Sequence record: SRR20825006_960 | Length of the DNA: 64,000 nucleotides | Reading direction: 5' to 3' (one strand) | Part shown: positions 9,392 through 19,621 of the stretch, in pieces | Numbering within the stretch: position 1 is the first letter of the stretch | How the letters are laid out: every line of letters starts with the position of its first letter | Translations under genes and position numbers: made by a program | The notes under the pieces: model-generated | What the model was told of the DNA's origin: nothing | Database searches by the model: none | The model's input: the letters and a program-made list of their open reading frames with translations, nothing else

Positions 9392-11785
9392 CTAATTGAT
9401 CATAATATTCTTGTAATCGACAATATTGCCGTCGCAGATTAAGACGATTGCATATTGTCCATCTTGGTAAGATGAAGTTTCAATTACTTTCTCCGTACTA
9501 TTCGTATTTAATATATACTGATTGGAAGGACCATCAAATAATGGAACAATCATCAGATATGCAGACCCTGCTCCTTCCGCATAATACTCGATCGTAAAAT
9601 CACTTGACGAATTCGTAGGATTAGGATAGATGTATTTCAAAAAGAATGGTTTCACTTTTACTTCTACTTCATCGTAGTCTTTGAAACCGTCCAGATCCGC
9701 AATTACCTCTAGTTTATATTTCTGCGTAATTTCAGCAGAAAGAGCGAAGTCCTTTCCTTCGTAAATCAACTCTCCATCCTCATTATACCAGTTATAAGAT
9801 GCTTGCTCTCCAATGTCATAAGCATTGAGTTGCACATCGTCAAATTTATTGACCTCCACATCTTCTCCAGCATTTGCATAAAATAACTCTCTATGCGATT
9901 TGTAGATCTCGAAAAGTTCACCTCCAACAATCTCGTTAGTCGCTGTTCTTTTCTGAGTTACGGCGTACATAAATTTATTCTGTTCACCTACTTCAGTTGT
10001 TAAAAAATTAAACGAAATATGCATCAGGAATCGTTGATTTGGCGTGATTCCTATGTTTTTTAAGCTAACTAACTCCTCCGTAAGCTGGATCAACTGTTCA
10101 TTTTCGTTGATTATAATGAACCCAGTTCCTTCTCCGCCTGAATCCATCCAAATATTCCATAATGGGACATCCAGTTTAACAACGATTTCAGACTCTTCTA
10201 AGATTGGTTTACCGGTATAGTACTCGGGCATTTGAAATTCAAAATCGTATTCCGTTGGTACATCATCTATGCTACCTACTAGAATGGTCGCTCCATTTTT
10301 TATCTCACTCACTTCTCCACTTGGAGAAATATTGTTCGGGTTTAAATCAACGACAGACAAATTCTTCCACGCAATATTGTTATTGTCATTTACATTGCCT
10401 GCTAAATTGGTGTTTTCTAACACTGTCATCGGGTCACTGCCAGCTTCAATTCGTGAAAGCAAACAAAAGTGATGCGGCTCTTCTGCCCAAAAAAGAGGTG
10501 TACTTCCGAGTCCGACATAATTTCCAGGATTGGGAGCGTCCCATTGAATAACAGCAATTCCTGCACTACCTGGTTGAATGACTGGTAATGTAAAATCCCC
10601 AATATAATCTCCTAAAGATTGTCCGTTTACTGTTATACTACCATTCCAATGATTAGGCCATGATAACGCCGTTGCTGCTTTCGCCCAATAAACTTTCACC
10701 TTTTCGGTTCCCGTTGAAGCAACACAGCCTCTATTTCTCACCCGAACATAAATATAGTTGTGGTTATTCGGATTTGCATAATACTCAGGATTCTGGTGTA
10801 CTTGATTTGTCAAACCATCGTTTTGATTTCGAACCCAAATATCTTCACTTTCCCAAAGAAAATTAACGTTACTTGGTTCTGTTCCCATATCCCAAGGCCT
10901 GTCCCGTGTATATAAATCCAAACCAGGTTTGCTTATTGAAAATCCCGTAGTGTTTTCTATCCATGTAGCATAGTTTCTCACATTGGCATAGACAGTAGGA
11001 ACTTGATCTTTTGGCCAATAACCCCAACTTGATGCGCCAACATTTATTTCATTTCCATTCTTATCAATAACTGACGGTCCACCGCTGTCACCCGGTCCTA
11101 CTCCTGTTCCTGTGTTGTAAAACGAAAGCATATTATTGGAGATATTTGCTGTATATCCAGGGTTGTATGCTTGGTTTATAGCCATAGCATTCGCATTTGA
11201 AACAATAGGCATCGAAAGTCCTTGTAAATATTGCGAAACTCCGCAAGAGTTACACGTAATCCCCCAACCGCTGACATAAACATTATTTCCCGAAGAAATA
11301 TCTGAAGTTGTCGTATTACAACTGTTTGCATACTCGATAGGCATCACATCATAATTAAACTGTAATGGTTGTGAAAGATAGATCAATGCAACATCATTTT
11401 CTTGTGTGCTTGAATTATAGTTTGGGTGAGTGAAAATCGCACTTACAGTCATTACTTGACCACCTGAACTTGTCTGATCATTTGAGCCTGCTTGAATGGT
11501 CATGTTTCCTGTTGTGGCACCTCCCAATACGATACAATGAGCCGCTGATAAGATCCATCTGTCAGAAATAATCGTACCTCCACAAATATGTCCTCCATTT
11601 ACCTTCATGGAAACCTGATATGGCGCTTCGGAAATTTGTATTGTTTGACCTCCTAAAATATTCTGCGTCCCGTAGCCTGGCGAATAACCGTTATTTCCTG
11701 GCGGAACATTTTTAGTTTGTGCAAATGCGCTGCCCTGAATAAGCAGTACGATCGCAACGATTGCTGTTTTTAAATTTCGTTTCAT
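9392..11785 (-). CDS. Secreted trypsin-like (S1) serine protease with accessory domains and T9SS CTD
   Basis: Signal peptide; ILGG, HICGG, LSAAHC, NDVAL and GDSGGP motifs; C-terminal IYPNP CTD. Confidence 0.9.
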   Translation of the reverse strand: MKRNLKTAIVAIVLLIQGSAFAQTKNVPPGNNGYSPGYGTQNILGGQTIQISEAPYQVSMKVNGGHICGGTIISDRWILSAAHCIVLGGATTGNMTIQAGSNDQTSSGGQVMTVSAIFTHPNYNSSTQENDVALIYLSQPLQFNYDVMPIEYANSCNTTTSDISSGNNVYVSGWGITCNSCGVSQYLQGLSMPIVSNANAMAINQAYNPGYTANISNNMLSFYNTGTGVGPGDSGGPSVIDKNGNEINVGASSWGYWPKDQVPTVYANVRNYATWIENTTGFSISKPGLDLYTRDRPWDMGTEPSNVNFLWESEDIWVRNQNDGLTNQVHQNPEYYANPNNHNYIYVRVRNRGCVASTGTEKVKVYWAKAATALSWPNHWNGSITVNGQSLGDYIGDFTLPVIQPGSAGIAVIQWDAPNPGNYVGLGSTPLFWAEEPHHFCLLSRIEAGSDPMTVLENTNLAGNVNDNNNIAWKNLSVVDLNPNNISPSGEVSEIKNGATILVGSIDDVPTEYDFEFQMPEYYTGKPILEESEIVVKLDVPLWNIWMDSGGEGTGFIIINENEQLIQLTEELVSLKNIGITPNQRFLMHISFNFLTTEVGEQNKFMYAVTQKRTATNEIVGGELFEIYKSHRELFYANAGEDVEVNKFDDVQLNAYDIGEQASYNWYNEDGELIYEGKDFALSAEITQKYKLEVIADLDGFKDYDEVEVKVKPFFLKYIYPNPTNSSSDFTIEYYAEGAGSAYLMIVPLFDGPSNQYILNTNSTEKVIETSSYQDGQYAIVLICDGNIVDYKNIMIN

Positions 11786-11943
11786 TTTAAAAAAATTAAG
11801 TAGTTAGTAATTTATTGATCTTTAAGCTGTCAACGAAAACATACATAAAGACGGTTATCTATACTGTTGAACTTTAAGTTAATTGAAGAACACTTTTTTA
11901 TTTTTAGCGAAGTCTCAATTAAAAAATCGATAATGGTAAACTC

Positions 11944-12012
11944 TTAACTACTCGGGGGAGGATGTCTTGAATCCTCTAGATGAAAATTTGATATTTTAGT
12001 AGTTAACTTCAT
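11944..12012 (-). CDS. Putative 22-aa leader peptide MKLTTKISNFHLEDSRHPPPSS
   Basis: Manual translation from ATG 12012 to TAA 11944; co-oriented with and upstream of the protease; possible TTG start at 12033. Confidence 0.35.
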   Translation of the reverse strand: MKLTTKISNFHLEDSRHPPPSS

Positions 12013-12339
12013 AGCATTTCCTCTTACAGCCAACCTAATAAAAGTTGACTATTATTTCCTGTAGGCAATCTTTCTATTGACTACGTCACTCTAAAAACCA
12101 ATCCAGTAAATAATAAATGATTACTATTTAATTGTGGTTAGATTGTTAGCTGGAATATACGAAAAAATCTTTGTCGCACACTTATCAACGCGAAAAAAAA
12201 ACACTATAAAACACTGAAAGCTATTTAATTAACATACAATTCATACTCAGATGACTTGGAATTCATCCTTGTTGGAGAGCAACGATTTGTTACTTCAACA
12301 TCCTATTTGTTCAAGTACTTCGAGAAACGACTGATAGTC

Positions 12340-12732
12340 TTACTTCACTTTCACCGTCCGATGCAGTTCCCAATGAAATGAATCATCTTCTTGTCCATCT
12401 TCTTGCCAACCAAAGTACACTTCTATTTCTTCTTTTGTAGCCGATTTCACTGCGTAAAAATAATCTCCACCTCCAGCATACCAGCCACCAACAGCCGTTT
12501 TACATCTATCGGGAATTTCAAACACTTGAAAATCTTCTTGGTCAATTTCCGCGCAACTCATACACTCTCCGACCTCATACTTTTTTCCGTTCACGGTTAG
12601 GTACACCTTGCTTATGGGCGTATCCATTTCATCATACGAAGTTTCACCGCATGAGAGAATATAACCACTTTGCGACCATCCTGTTGCGGATAATAAAAAA
12701 ACTGTGAGACCAACTAGAAAGAATTGCTTCAT
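12340..12732 (-). CDS. Small secreted hypothetical protein
   Basis: MKQFFLVGL signal peptide; GGWYAGGGDYFY motif. Confidence 0.75.
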   Translation of the reverse strand: MKQFFLVGLTVFLLSATGWSQSGYILSCGETSYDEMDTPISKVYLTVNGKKYEVGECMSCAEIDQEDFQVFEIPDRCKTAVGGWYAGGGDYFYAVKSATKEEIEVYFGWQEDGQEDDSFHWELHRTVKVK

Positions 12733-12787
12733 GAAGTAAATTTTACAGAATGAATGTAAGCAAATTCGTACACTTGCAAAACAAATC

Positions 12788-13681
12788 ATGGTTATGAAAT
12801 TTCAATATATCGTTTGGATGCTAGGAATAGTAAGTTGTGTTGCATGTAACTCTCACTCAAGTACAGCGCAAAAATCTAGCGAAACAGAATCAAAGGTGGA
12901 ACTCACTGAACCGATTCCAACAGCCCTTCCAACATTGACTTCTGATACGGTTCTCACTCTTCCATTTGAAAATAATGCGATTAAAATCAGCATCTACTAC
13001 CCGAAAAAAGGAAGTTTCAAAGGAAATATTCTAGCGCTTCCTGGATGGAATTTTCCTGCAACGGGCTGGTGCGATAGTACTTCTCTGTGTTCTTTAGCTG
13101 ATTCCCTTGGGTACGCAGTAATTCTACCAGAAATGGGGAAAAGCATCTATTGCAAGAATCTCTATCCAGAAACGCGAAAAGATTGGAGGAGTTTCCCTAC
13201 TCGATCTTGGATTAATGAAACGCTCATTTCTCAATTACAAGATAGCTTTGGGATGTTTTTGCCAGAACAATCAAACTACGTAATGGGGCTATCTACTGGA
13301 GCTCGCGGGGCTGCTTTACTGGCGTTAGATCGACCTGAAATTTTTAAAGCTTGTGCTCTACTTTCTGGAGATTATGACCAAACTCAATATCCAAAAGACA
13401 ATTTATACCGCGGATACTACGGAGCTCAAAACCTGTTTCCTGATCGCTGGAAGAACGACGACAATCTTTTTACTTCAATCGACCTATTTAAAGTACCTGC
13501 GTACATTGGTCATGGAAAAAAAGATTCTGTTGTACCGATAAAGCATTCCGAAGATCTCTCTGCTCGACTAAAAAACTTGAAAAAAGAGGTGACTCTTCAC
13601 ATCGACGAAAACGCGCAACACAATTATGGTTTCTGGAACAGCGAAATCACATCGGTCCTAGCTTTCTTCGAAGCGCATTAA
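12788..13681 (+). CDS. Alpha/beta-hydrolase (esterase) lipoprotein
   Basis: Lipobox (VAC), GLSTG nucleophile elbow, HGKKD and AQHNY. Confidence 0.85.
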   Translation: MVMKFQYIVWMLGIVSCVACNSHSSTAQKSSETESKVELTEPIPTALPTLTSDTVLTLPFENNAIKISIYYPKKGSFKGNILALPGWNFPATGWCDSTSLCSLADSLGYAVILPEMGKSIYCKNLYPETRKDWRSFPTRSWINETLISQLQDSFGMFLPEQSNYVMGLSTGARGAALLALDRPEIFKACALLSGDYDQTQYPKDNLYRGYYGAQNLFPDRWKNDDNLFTSIDLFKVPAYIGHGKKDSVVPIKHSEDLSARLKNLKKEVTLHIDENAQHNYGFWNSEITSVLAFFEAH

Positions 13682-13685
13682 GGAC

Positions 13686-14885
13686 TTATTTCTTCTTTTT
13701 GGCTAACATTAAATTGGATGTACCATTCTTGTATTGGTATCCAATTCCAAAAGGAAGCGGTTTCACTCCTTCTCCAGAGAATAACTCTTGTAAATCTGCT
13801 TGCTTGCGCTCTGCAAAAAGGGAAATTGGCTGAGCATACGTTCCATAGAAGGTTAAATCCCATGTAGACGTCGGGAAAAACTTAACTGGAATCCCAGAAT
13901 CGTCTTGTAAAACAAACTCTGATTCATTCAGGATCAAATCACGAACAATACTGAAAGTTGGGCGGTGCATTAAATAGGATGCTGACTTCAAATACGTAGA
14001 TTCAATGTTCAGTCCTTTCAAATAGTTTACAAAATCGGTTCTTACCAAAAGTCCTTTTGCCACAAGTCCACCACGACTTACGTACGGATCATTTTGCAAA
14101 TTCACAGCAAAATAGGTCAATGTTCTCACTTTATCCGAGCCTTCACGCTTGAAGTAGTAACGATTTCCGAAGTACGTTGAATCGACTGCGGTAGACAAAT
14201 CAGTTGTGAGCGTCCCATCAGGTTGAATTGCGACTTTCTCTTGATACAAGACATCATTTCCTGTTCGGTTCATGAATTGCATTAAGATTGGAAGTGTTCC
14301 GTCCACTTCACCATTGAAATCATCCGCCATGGCAATTGTTCTAAAGAAACTCAATCCCAAAATCGCGTGCATAGATTTCACAACACCATTCAAATAAACC
14401 TCATCTTTCCCATTTTTCGTTTTCGTAAGCATATCAGGATAAGAACCAATTGGCTCCAATCCAACCATTACAATATTCTCATATTCTGGGAAAAATACAT
14501 CGGCGTGCAAAAAATCGGGACCTGAAAATGGATAGAACAGCGTTCCACCATCTTTATTGGCTTCGGAAAGTTGAGTTCCAGTCCACTCCTTCATTACAGG
14601 AAGTTTGTCGTTCGTTTTCTTCCAAATTTCGTCCAATCGCACTTTGTAGCTTTTCCAAACCGTTGAAGACTCAAGGTTTTTCAATACAGATTGATTATCT
14701 CCTTCTTCTCCTGCTATAAATTTCGCTAGATCGTTAAACTTTCGATCTTCTGGATATGTCGGGTTTTCACTTTTCACCACCACGGAATCTTCCGTTGCAG
14801 TTTCAGTTGGACTATCGACTTCATTGTTTCCAGATTTACAAGCTGTTAACGCGGAAATAGCCGCAAGGAAAATAATTTTTTTCAT
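13686..14885 (-). CDS. Hypothetical lipoprotein (FYPFSGPDF / KSASY / QDDSG motifs)
   Basis: MKKIIFLAAISALTA-C lipobox; 399-aa ORF. Confidence 0.85.
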   Translation of the reverse strand: MKKIIFLAAISALTACKSGNNEVDSPTETATEDSVVVKSENPTYPEDRKFNDLAKFIAGEEGDNQSVLKNLESSTVWKSYKVRLDEIWKKTNDKLPVMKEWTGTQLSEANKDGGTLFYPFSGPDFLHADVFFPEYENIVMVGLEPIGSYPDMLTKTKNGKDEVYLNGVVKSMHAILGLSFFRTIAMADDFNGEVDGTLPILMQFMNRTGNDVLYQEKVAIQPDGTLTTDLSTAVDSTYFGNRYYFKREGSDKVRTLTYFAVNLQNDPYVSRGGLVAKGLLVRTDFVNYLKGLNIESTYLKSASYLMHRPTFSIVRDLILNESEFVLQDDSGIPVKFFPTSTWDLTFYGTYAQPISLFAERKQADLQELFSGEGVKPLPFGIGYQYKNGTSNLMLAKKKK

Positions 14886-14983
14886 GTCTGTAATATTACT
14901 GTCCAAAGATGCCCAATAATTTTCATTGTCAGTCGATTGTTACAAAAAAAAACTACTTTAGACACCCAAAATCAACCCTAAGG

Positions 14984-16351
14984 ATGGCACAAAAATATAC
15001 GAGATCGGTAGCAACAAATATGGTAATTGCCAATATGATTGGAACCGGAATCTTTACTTCTCTAGGTTTTCAGGTATTGGATGGCGGGATTCCTGATCCT
15101 TTCGCGATTTTAACTATCTGGTTATTAGGAGGGATTGTATCACTTTGCGGAGCTACCGTTTATGGTGAAGTTGCCACGAGAATCAATCGTTCTGGAGGAG
15201 AATATTCTTTTCTTTCGAGCATCTATCACCCTTTGGTTGGATTTATCACTGGTTGGATTTCACTCTTTGCTGGATTTTCAGGTGCAATTGCTGCCCTAGC
15301 TTTGGCTGCAGGGGCTTATTTCTCTCCTGTACTTGGTTTGAATAATGAACCAATAGTGGATTTGTATATTTTTAGCTTAACGCCTGGGAAAATCGTGGCG
15401 ATTGTAATTCTTGTTCTGGTAGCACTCGTTCATCTCCGTGGAATTAAATTTGGAGGGATTTTTCAAAATTACATGACTTATGTAAAGCTGATATTGATTG
15501 GTACTTTCCTCATTATCCCTTTTCTTTTTATTGGCAGCTATGAGCCTGCTGAGATAAGTTTTGCTCCAACCGACAAATCTTGGGATACTATTTTTAGCTT
15601 CCCGTTTGCTGGCGCGTTAGTCTATGTGATGTTTGCGTACAGCGGATGGAATGCAAGCACGTACATTGTTGGTAATCTTGAAAATCCAAGTAAAAATCTA
15701 CCTTATTCATTGATTGTAGGTACGCTAGTCGTGACAGTGATTTATGTCCTTCTTAACTTCACATTTATGTATGTTGCTACGTTTGATGAGTTAGCTCTAC
15801 AAGTAGATTTAGGAAATGTAGTAGCGAACAAAATTTTAGGTGATAGCGTAGGGATTTTCTTTAGTCTTGTATTCTCGCTCGCTTTAATCTCTGGCGTGAG
15901 TGCGATGTTTATTGCTGCGCCGAGAGTCGCTGAGCAAATTGGTAAGGATTACAGCGCTTTTCGCATATTGGGAAAGCAAACAGAAACTGGAGCTCCCAAA
16001 CCTGCGATCTTTCTCATTCTAACTATTTCATTATTACTCGTTCTCTTCACAAGTTTCGATCAGATTATTAAATATGTTTCACTGCTCCTTACAATGTCTT
16101 CGATTCTGACTGTTTTCGGATTGTTCATTTTGCGTTACCGAGATAAGAAAAATGGTTCTCCGATTAGTCCAAACGTTGTGAAAGCATGGGGTTATCCAAT
16201 TACTCCGATTATCTTCATTGCTATTTGCTGTTGGATGATCAGCTTTTTTGTGAGCCAAGACTTCAGTTACATTTGGTGGTCACTTTACACGATTGCTCCT
16301 GCCATTTTGGTCTATTATGTGACGCAAGACAAGAATAAATCGCAAGAATAA
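14984..16351 (+). CDS. APC-family amino acid permease
   Basis: MIGTGIF, SGGEY and FAYSGW motifs; about 12 TM segments. Confidence 0.92.
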   Translation: MAQKYTRSVATNMVIANMIGTGIFTSLGFQVLDGGIPDPFAILTIWLLGGIVSLCGATVYGEVATRINRSGGEYSFLSSIYHPLVGFITGWISLFAGFSGAIAALALAAGAYFSPVLGLNNEPIVDLYIFSLTPGKIVAIVILVLVALVHLRGIKFGGIFQNYMTYVKLILIGTFLIIPFLFIGSYEPAEISFAPTDKSWDTIFSFPFAGALVYVMFAYSGWNASTYIVGNLENPSKNLPYSLIVGTLVVTVIYVLLNFTFMYVATFDELALQVDLGNVVANKILGDSVGIFFSLVFSLALISGVSAMFIAAPRVAEQIGKDYSAFRILGKQTETGAPKPAIFLILTISLLLVLFTSFDQIIKYVSLLLTMSSILTVFGLFILRYRDKKNGSPISPNVVKAWGYPITPIIFIAICCWMISFFVSQDFSYIWWSLYTIAPAILVYYVTQDKNKSQE

Positions 16352-16464
16352 TCAGAATCGGTCTTTCGTGCATAATTTGGAATAAGAAGCATTCTACCCG
16401 CCTTGCGGTATGATCTTTGAGTGATTTCTGTTATCTTTTACAAAACTTCATTTTCAAAAGTTGT

Positions 16465-17652
16465 ATGGTGAGATTTCTAGTTGTTTGTTCGTTCATTTTC
16501 TTCGGTTCGTCTAACCTTTTTGCTCAAAACTCGGAAACTTTAACATCACCTTTGGATGCAATTCGAGGCAAAGATGCGCTTGTAGATTCTGTTCTCAATC
16601 AATCGGAACGTTATCACCTTCAGTGGATTTACACACCACTCGAAATGGATAGTTTGGGAAATTTTCATCCAACCGAAACGTACGATTATTCAACCGGGCA
16701 ATATTTCTACCCAGCGAGCATGGTCAAACTACCCATTGCTTTACTAAGCTTCGAAAGATTAAAACACGAAGAAGTTCCTACAACTGCCACTCTAAAGATC
16801 AACAAAGATCAAATCTGTGGAAACATGGGATACGTTGACCGTTTAGAAAAAATGACGTTTTCATTTAGAGATATTGTGGAAGACATGATTTCCATTAGTG
16901 ATAATGACTTTTACAATGCACTTTTTCATTTTTTAGGTCCAGAAGAAATCAACCGTCAGTTAACGGCTAAAGGCTTTAACGGTACCAAGATCTACAAGAG
17001 CTTTACGGGGTGCGAATTGCCCGAAAGTCTATTTTGTAACTCCTCAACATACATCGATACTGTTTCTCAGCTGATTCATATTCAACCGTCAACGCGAATT
17101 GATCTAACAACCTTTTCAGAACGTTATTCTTATTCTTCAGACAAATTACTCGGTTCAAAACACGAGTATCGTGGAAAAATCGTCGACGGTCCGTTTGATT
17201 TTAACTACAATTTGGAATATCCTCTGCGTGAAATTCATGGAAGTATGGAGCGACTGATGTATCCAAACAAATTTAAGCTGAATGATCGTTGGAATCTAAG
17301 GACTTCGGATCGTGAATTTCTTTTAAAAACCCTTGTTCAATATCCAAGGGAGATGAGCAATAAAAAATACCATGATCTTAAAAAGTATCCCGACAATTAC
17401 TACAAATACATCGTTCATGGTGATGCAAATCCAGCTTTCAAAGACGTGAAAACTTATTCCAAAATTGGGATTTCTTATGGATTTGTTACCGAAACAGCGC
17501 TGGTTGTCGATAAAAAACGAAATAAAGCGTATCTCCTTTCTGTAAGCATTTATGTGAACGCCAATGACACAGTGAATGACGGGAAATATGAATATGAAGA
17601 AATTGCCCGACCGTTTTTAGCACGATTCGGGCAACTTTTGCTAGAACTCTAG
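16465..17652 (+). CDS. Serine hydrolase, class A beta-lactamase/PBP-like
   Basis: Signal peptide; SMVK (SxxK), SDN and KIG motifs. Confidence 0.8.
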   Translation: MVRFLVVCSFIFFGSSNLFAQNSETLTSPLDAIRGKDALVDSVLNQSERYHLQWIYTPLEMDSLGNFHPTETYDYSTGQYFYPASMVKLPIALLSFERLKHEEVPTTATLKINKDQICGNMGYVDRLEKMTFSFRDIVEDMISISDNDFYNALFHFLGPEEINRQLTAKGFNGTKIYKSFTGCELPESLFCNSSTYIDTVSQLIHIQPSTRIDLTTFSERYSYSSDKLLGSKHEYRGKIVDGPFDFNYNLEYPLREIHGSMERLMYPNKFKLNDRWNLRTSDREFLLKTLVQYPREMSNKKYHDLKKYPDNYYKYIVHGDANPAFKDVKTYSKIGISYGFVTETALVVDKKRNKAYLLSVSIYVNANDTVNDGKYEYEEIARPFLARFGQLLLEL

Positions 17653-17709
17653 AAGAAAGTTCACTCTGAGAAAACAAATCAAACTTATGAGCTAATCACT
17701 TCTCTCTTT

Positions 17710-18237
17710 CTACCAAAAAATAAATACATCCTTCTCCTTAATCGAATCCTTTTCAGGAATGGAATCAGAAGAAATAACATCTTCTGAATTCGGGATACTC
17801 TTCTTCTTTTTCTTCCGTTCTTTACCCATTTCTCTTGACCCTACTTCCTTTTCGTCTGTTGATTCAATCGGAACTAAATCATTTTTGACTGGATTTTTTT
17901 CATTCTCCGCATTATTGTTTTTAACCTCCTCAATGAATTGTTCGCTTAAACCATTCATTTCTTCCTTCGGAGTAACTCCATCAGCAGATACTACAATCAC
18001 AAATAACCCTCCCAGGCCAAGTAAAACAGCGAAGAAGCTATTAAGACTCAAAGACATCCAAGATTTGAGTTTGTCAATGAATGATCTTTTTTCATTGATA
18101 ATCGCGCGATCAAACATATCCAACTGTGCCGAAAGTTCCTCCCACGCACTCGGGTTAAAATCTATCACTGATCCGTCAATTGATTTTCTTACAAAATCAT
18201 CGAATGCCTGCCCGCTATTTTCGTTCATTTCTTTCAT
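17710..18237 (-). CDS. Putative anti-sigma single-pass membrane protein
   Basis: Overlaps the sigma stop codon by 4 nt; N-terminal FDDFVR...PSAWEELSAQL, one TM segment and a charged tail. Confidence 0.65.
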   Translation of the reverse strand: MKEMNENSGQAFDDFVRKSIDGSVIDFNPSAWEELSAQLDMFDRAIINEKRSFIDKLKSWMSLSLNSFFAVLLGLGGLFVIVVSADGVTPKEEMNGLSEQFIEEVKNNNAENEKNPVKNDLVPIESTDEKEVGSREMGKERKKKKKSIPNSEDVISSDSIPEKDSIKEKDVFIFW

Positions 18238-18770
18238 ATCAATTGTTTTTCAATTATCCATACTTTTAATTGCTCTCTTGCATGATGCAAGCTCCACTTT
18301 GAATTCGCAACGGTAATTTGGAGCATTTCAGCAATCTCCTTGTGACTATAACCTTCTATTGCATACAGGTTAAAAACAGCTCTAGGATTGGCAGGAAGTG
18401 CTTCCATCAGTCTAAAAATTTCTTCTGGATGTTCCTCTAGAGATACAGGGTCGGAATCTTTTTCATTGAACGATTCAACCGTCAGGTGCTTTCCTTGAAA
18501 TGATTTAGAAGAACGAATACTGTCGATTGCCTCATGGATGACAATCTGTCTGACCCATCCTCCAAAGTTTTCATGTGTTCCTTTAAAATCTTTCATCTTC
18601 GTAAAGACCTTAAACATGGCTCCGTTCACGATTCCCTGTGCTTCTGACTCACAGGAACAGTATCGGAGTGAAATTCGCATTAACTCAGGATAAAGTTTTT
18701 TGTACACTTCACCCTGAGCTGCGCGCACTCCATTCAGACATCCTTGATATAGCTCACTTGAGATTATCAT
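18234..18770 (-). CDS. ECF sigma-70 factor
   Basis: Region 2 FGGWVRQIVIHEAID; region 4 VFNLYAIEGYSHKEIAEML. Confidence 0.92.
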   Translation of the reverse strand: MIISSELYQGCLNGVRAAQGEVYKKLYPELMRISLRYCSCESEAQGIVNGAMFKVFTKMKDFKGTHENFGGWVRQIVIHEAIDSIRSSKSFQGKHLTVESFNEKDSDPVSLEEHPEEIFRLMEALPANPRAVFNLYAIEGYSHKEIAEMLQITVANSKWSLHHAREQLKVWIIEKQLI

Positions 18771-18775
18771 CTTGA

Positions 18776-19573
18776 TTAAAAGAACAATGTTCCGCCAAAA
18801 ACGATATTAGATTGATGGTAACGTCTGAGTTCATCGCCGTTAACAGCATGCACACCGAGTGCATTGTTATACTGATATCCTAAATCGATTTGAATACCTG
18901 TGTTTTTCGTAAAATTCAGTCTATATCCCAATGACGGTTCCAAGTAGAGTCCATTTTTTAGATCACCTTCCACCCCAAACCACGTATCATAGTAACCTGA
19001 ATTGAGCACAATTCCATATCCCACTTTGGTTCCTACCATAAAAGCTCCTCGTTTCTTAAACATATCTTGAAGGGCATAGTTTACTTGAACCGAAACGGGT
19101 AAAATTTGGTCAATTGTTGGTGTTTGTCCTGTGCTTCCAAAATAATCCGCACCTAGTCCAATTTGAAGATCTTCATTAATGGATCTCATTAAACTGATTC
19201 CTAACCCCATATTCGCCCAATCTCCTCCTCCAGCAGAAACAGACATGCGTAAATAGTATGGTCGGACGTTAAATGCGGTTTCCTGAATTTCTGGTTCTTC
19301 TTTCAGTACTGGAGTAGGCTCATTTACAATTGGTGCAGTTTCCTCAATTTTCTGCATCCGATCGATATCCACTAATAGAACTTTCATTGTATCGCCAGAA
19401 GGCTTTTGTAACAAACGAATGTACTCTCCTGGCTTTTGTTCTACAATTGTCCCTAATTGAGTTTCGCCAGATTTCAAGGTGATCAAATCCGTTCCCTGCG
19501 TTTGTCCAATTGCACCTAGAGATATAAGCGTTCCGAACATCAATTGAACTACTGTTTTTATTCCTGTTTTCAT
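18776..19573 (-). CDS. Exported protein with small N-terminal domain and outer-membrane beta-barrel
   Basis: Signal peptide; DLITLKSG...GTIVEQ domain; amphipathic strands; C-terminal Phe. Confidence 0.7.
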   Translation of the reverse strand: MKTGIKTVVQLMFGTLISLGAIGQTQGTDLITLKSGETQLGTIVEQKPGEYIRLLQKPSGDTMKVLLVDIDRMQKIEETAPIVNEPTPVLKEEPEIQETAFNVRPYYLRMSVSAGGGDWANMGLGISLMRSINEDLQIGLGADYFGSTGQTPTIDQILPVSVQVNYALQDMFKKRGAFMVGTKVGYGIVLNSGYYDTWFGVEGDLKNGLYLEPSLGYRLNFTKNTGIQIDLGYQYNNALGVHAVNGDELRRYHQSNIVFGGTLFF

Positions 19574-19621
19574 TTCAAAATTATTTAAGTTGATCTTATA
19601 CTTCCCGATTTTCGCCCAATT

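Noticed and set aside
16465-17652. Functional beta-lactamase resistance gene
   Set aside because: It is about 395 aa with large insertions. Only fold-level motifs are evident and activity cannot be inferred.
17759-18316. 185-aa plus-strand ORF
   Set aside because: It is an antisense shadow of the anti-sigma and sigma genes, with Ser/Phe-rich composition.
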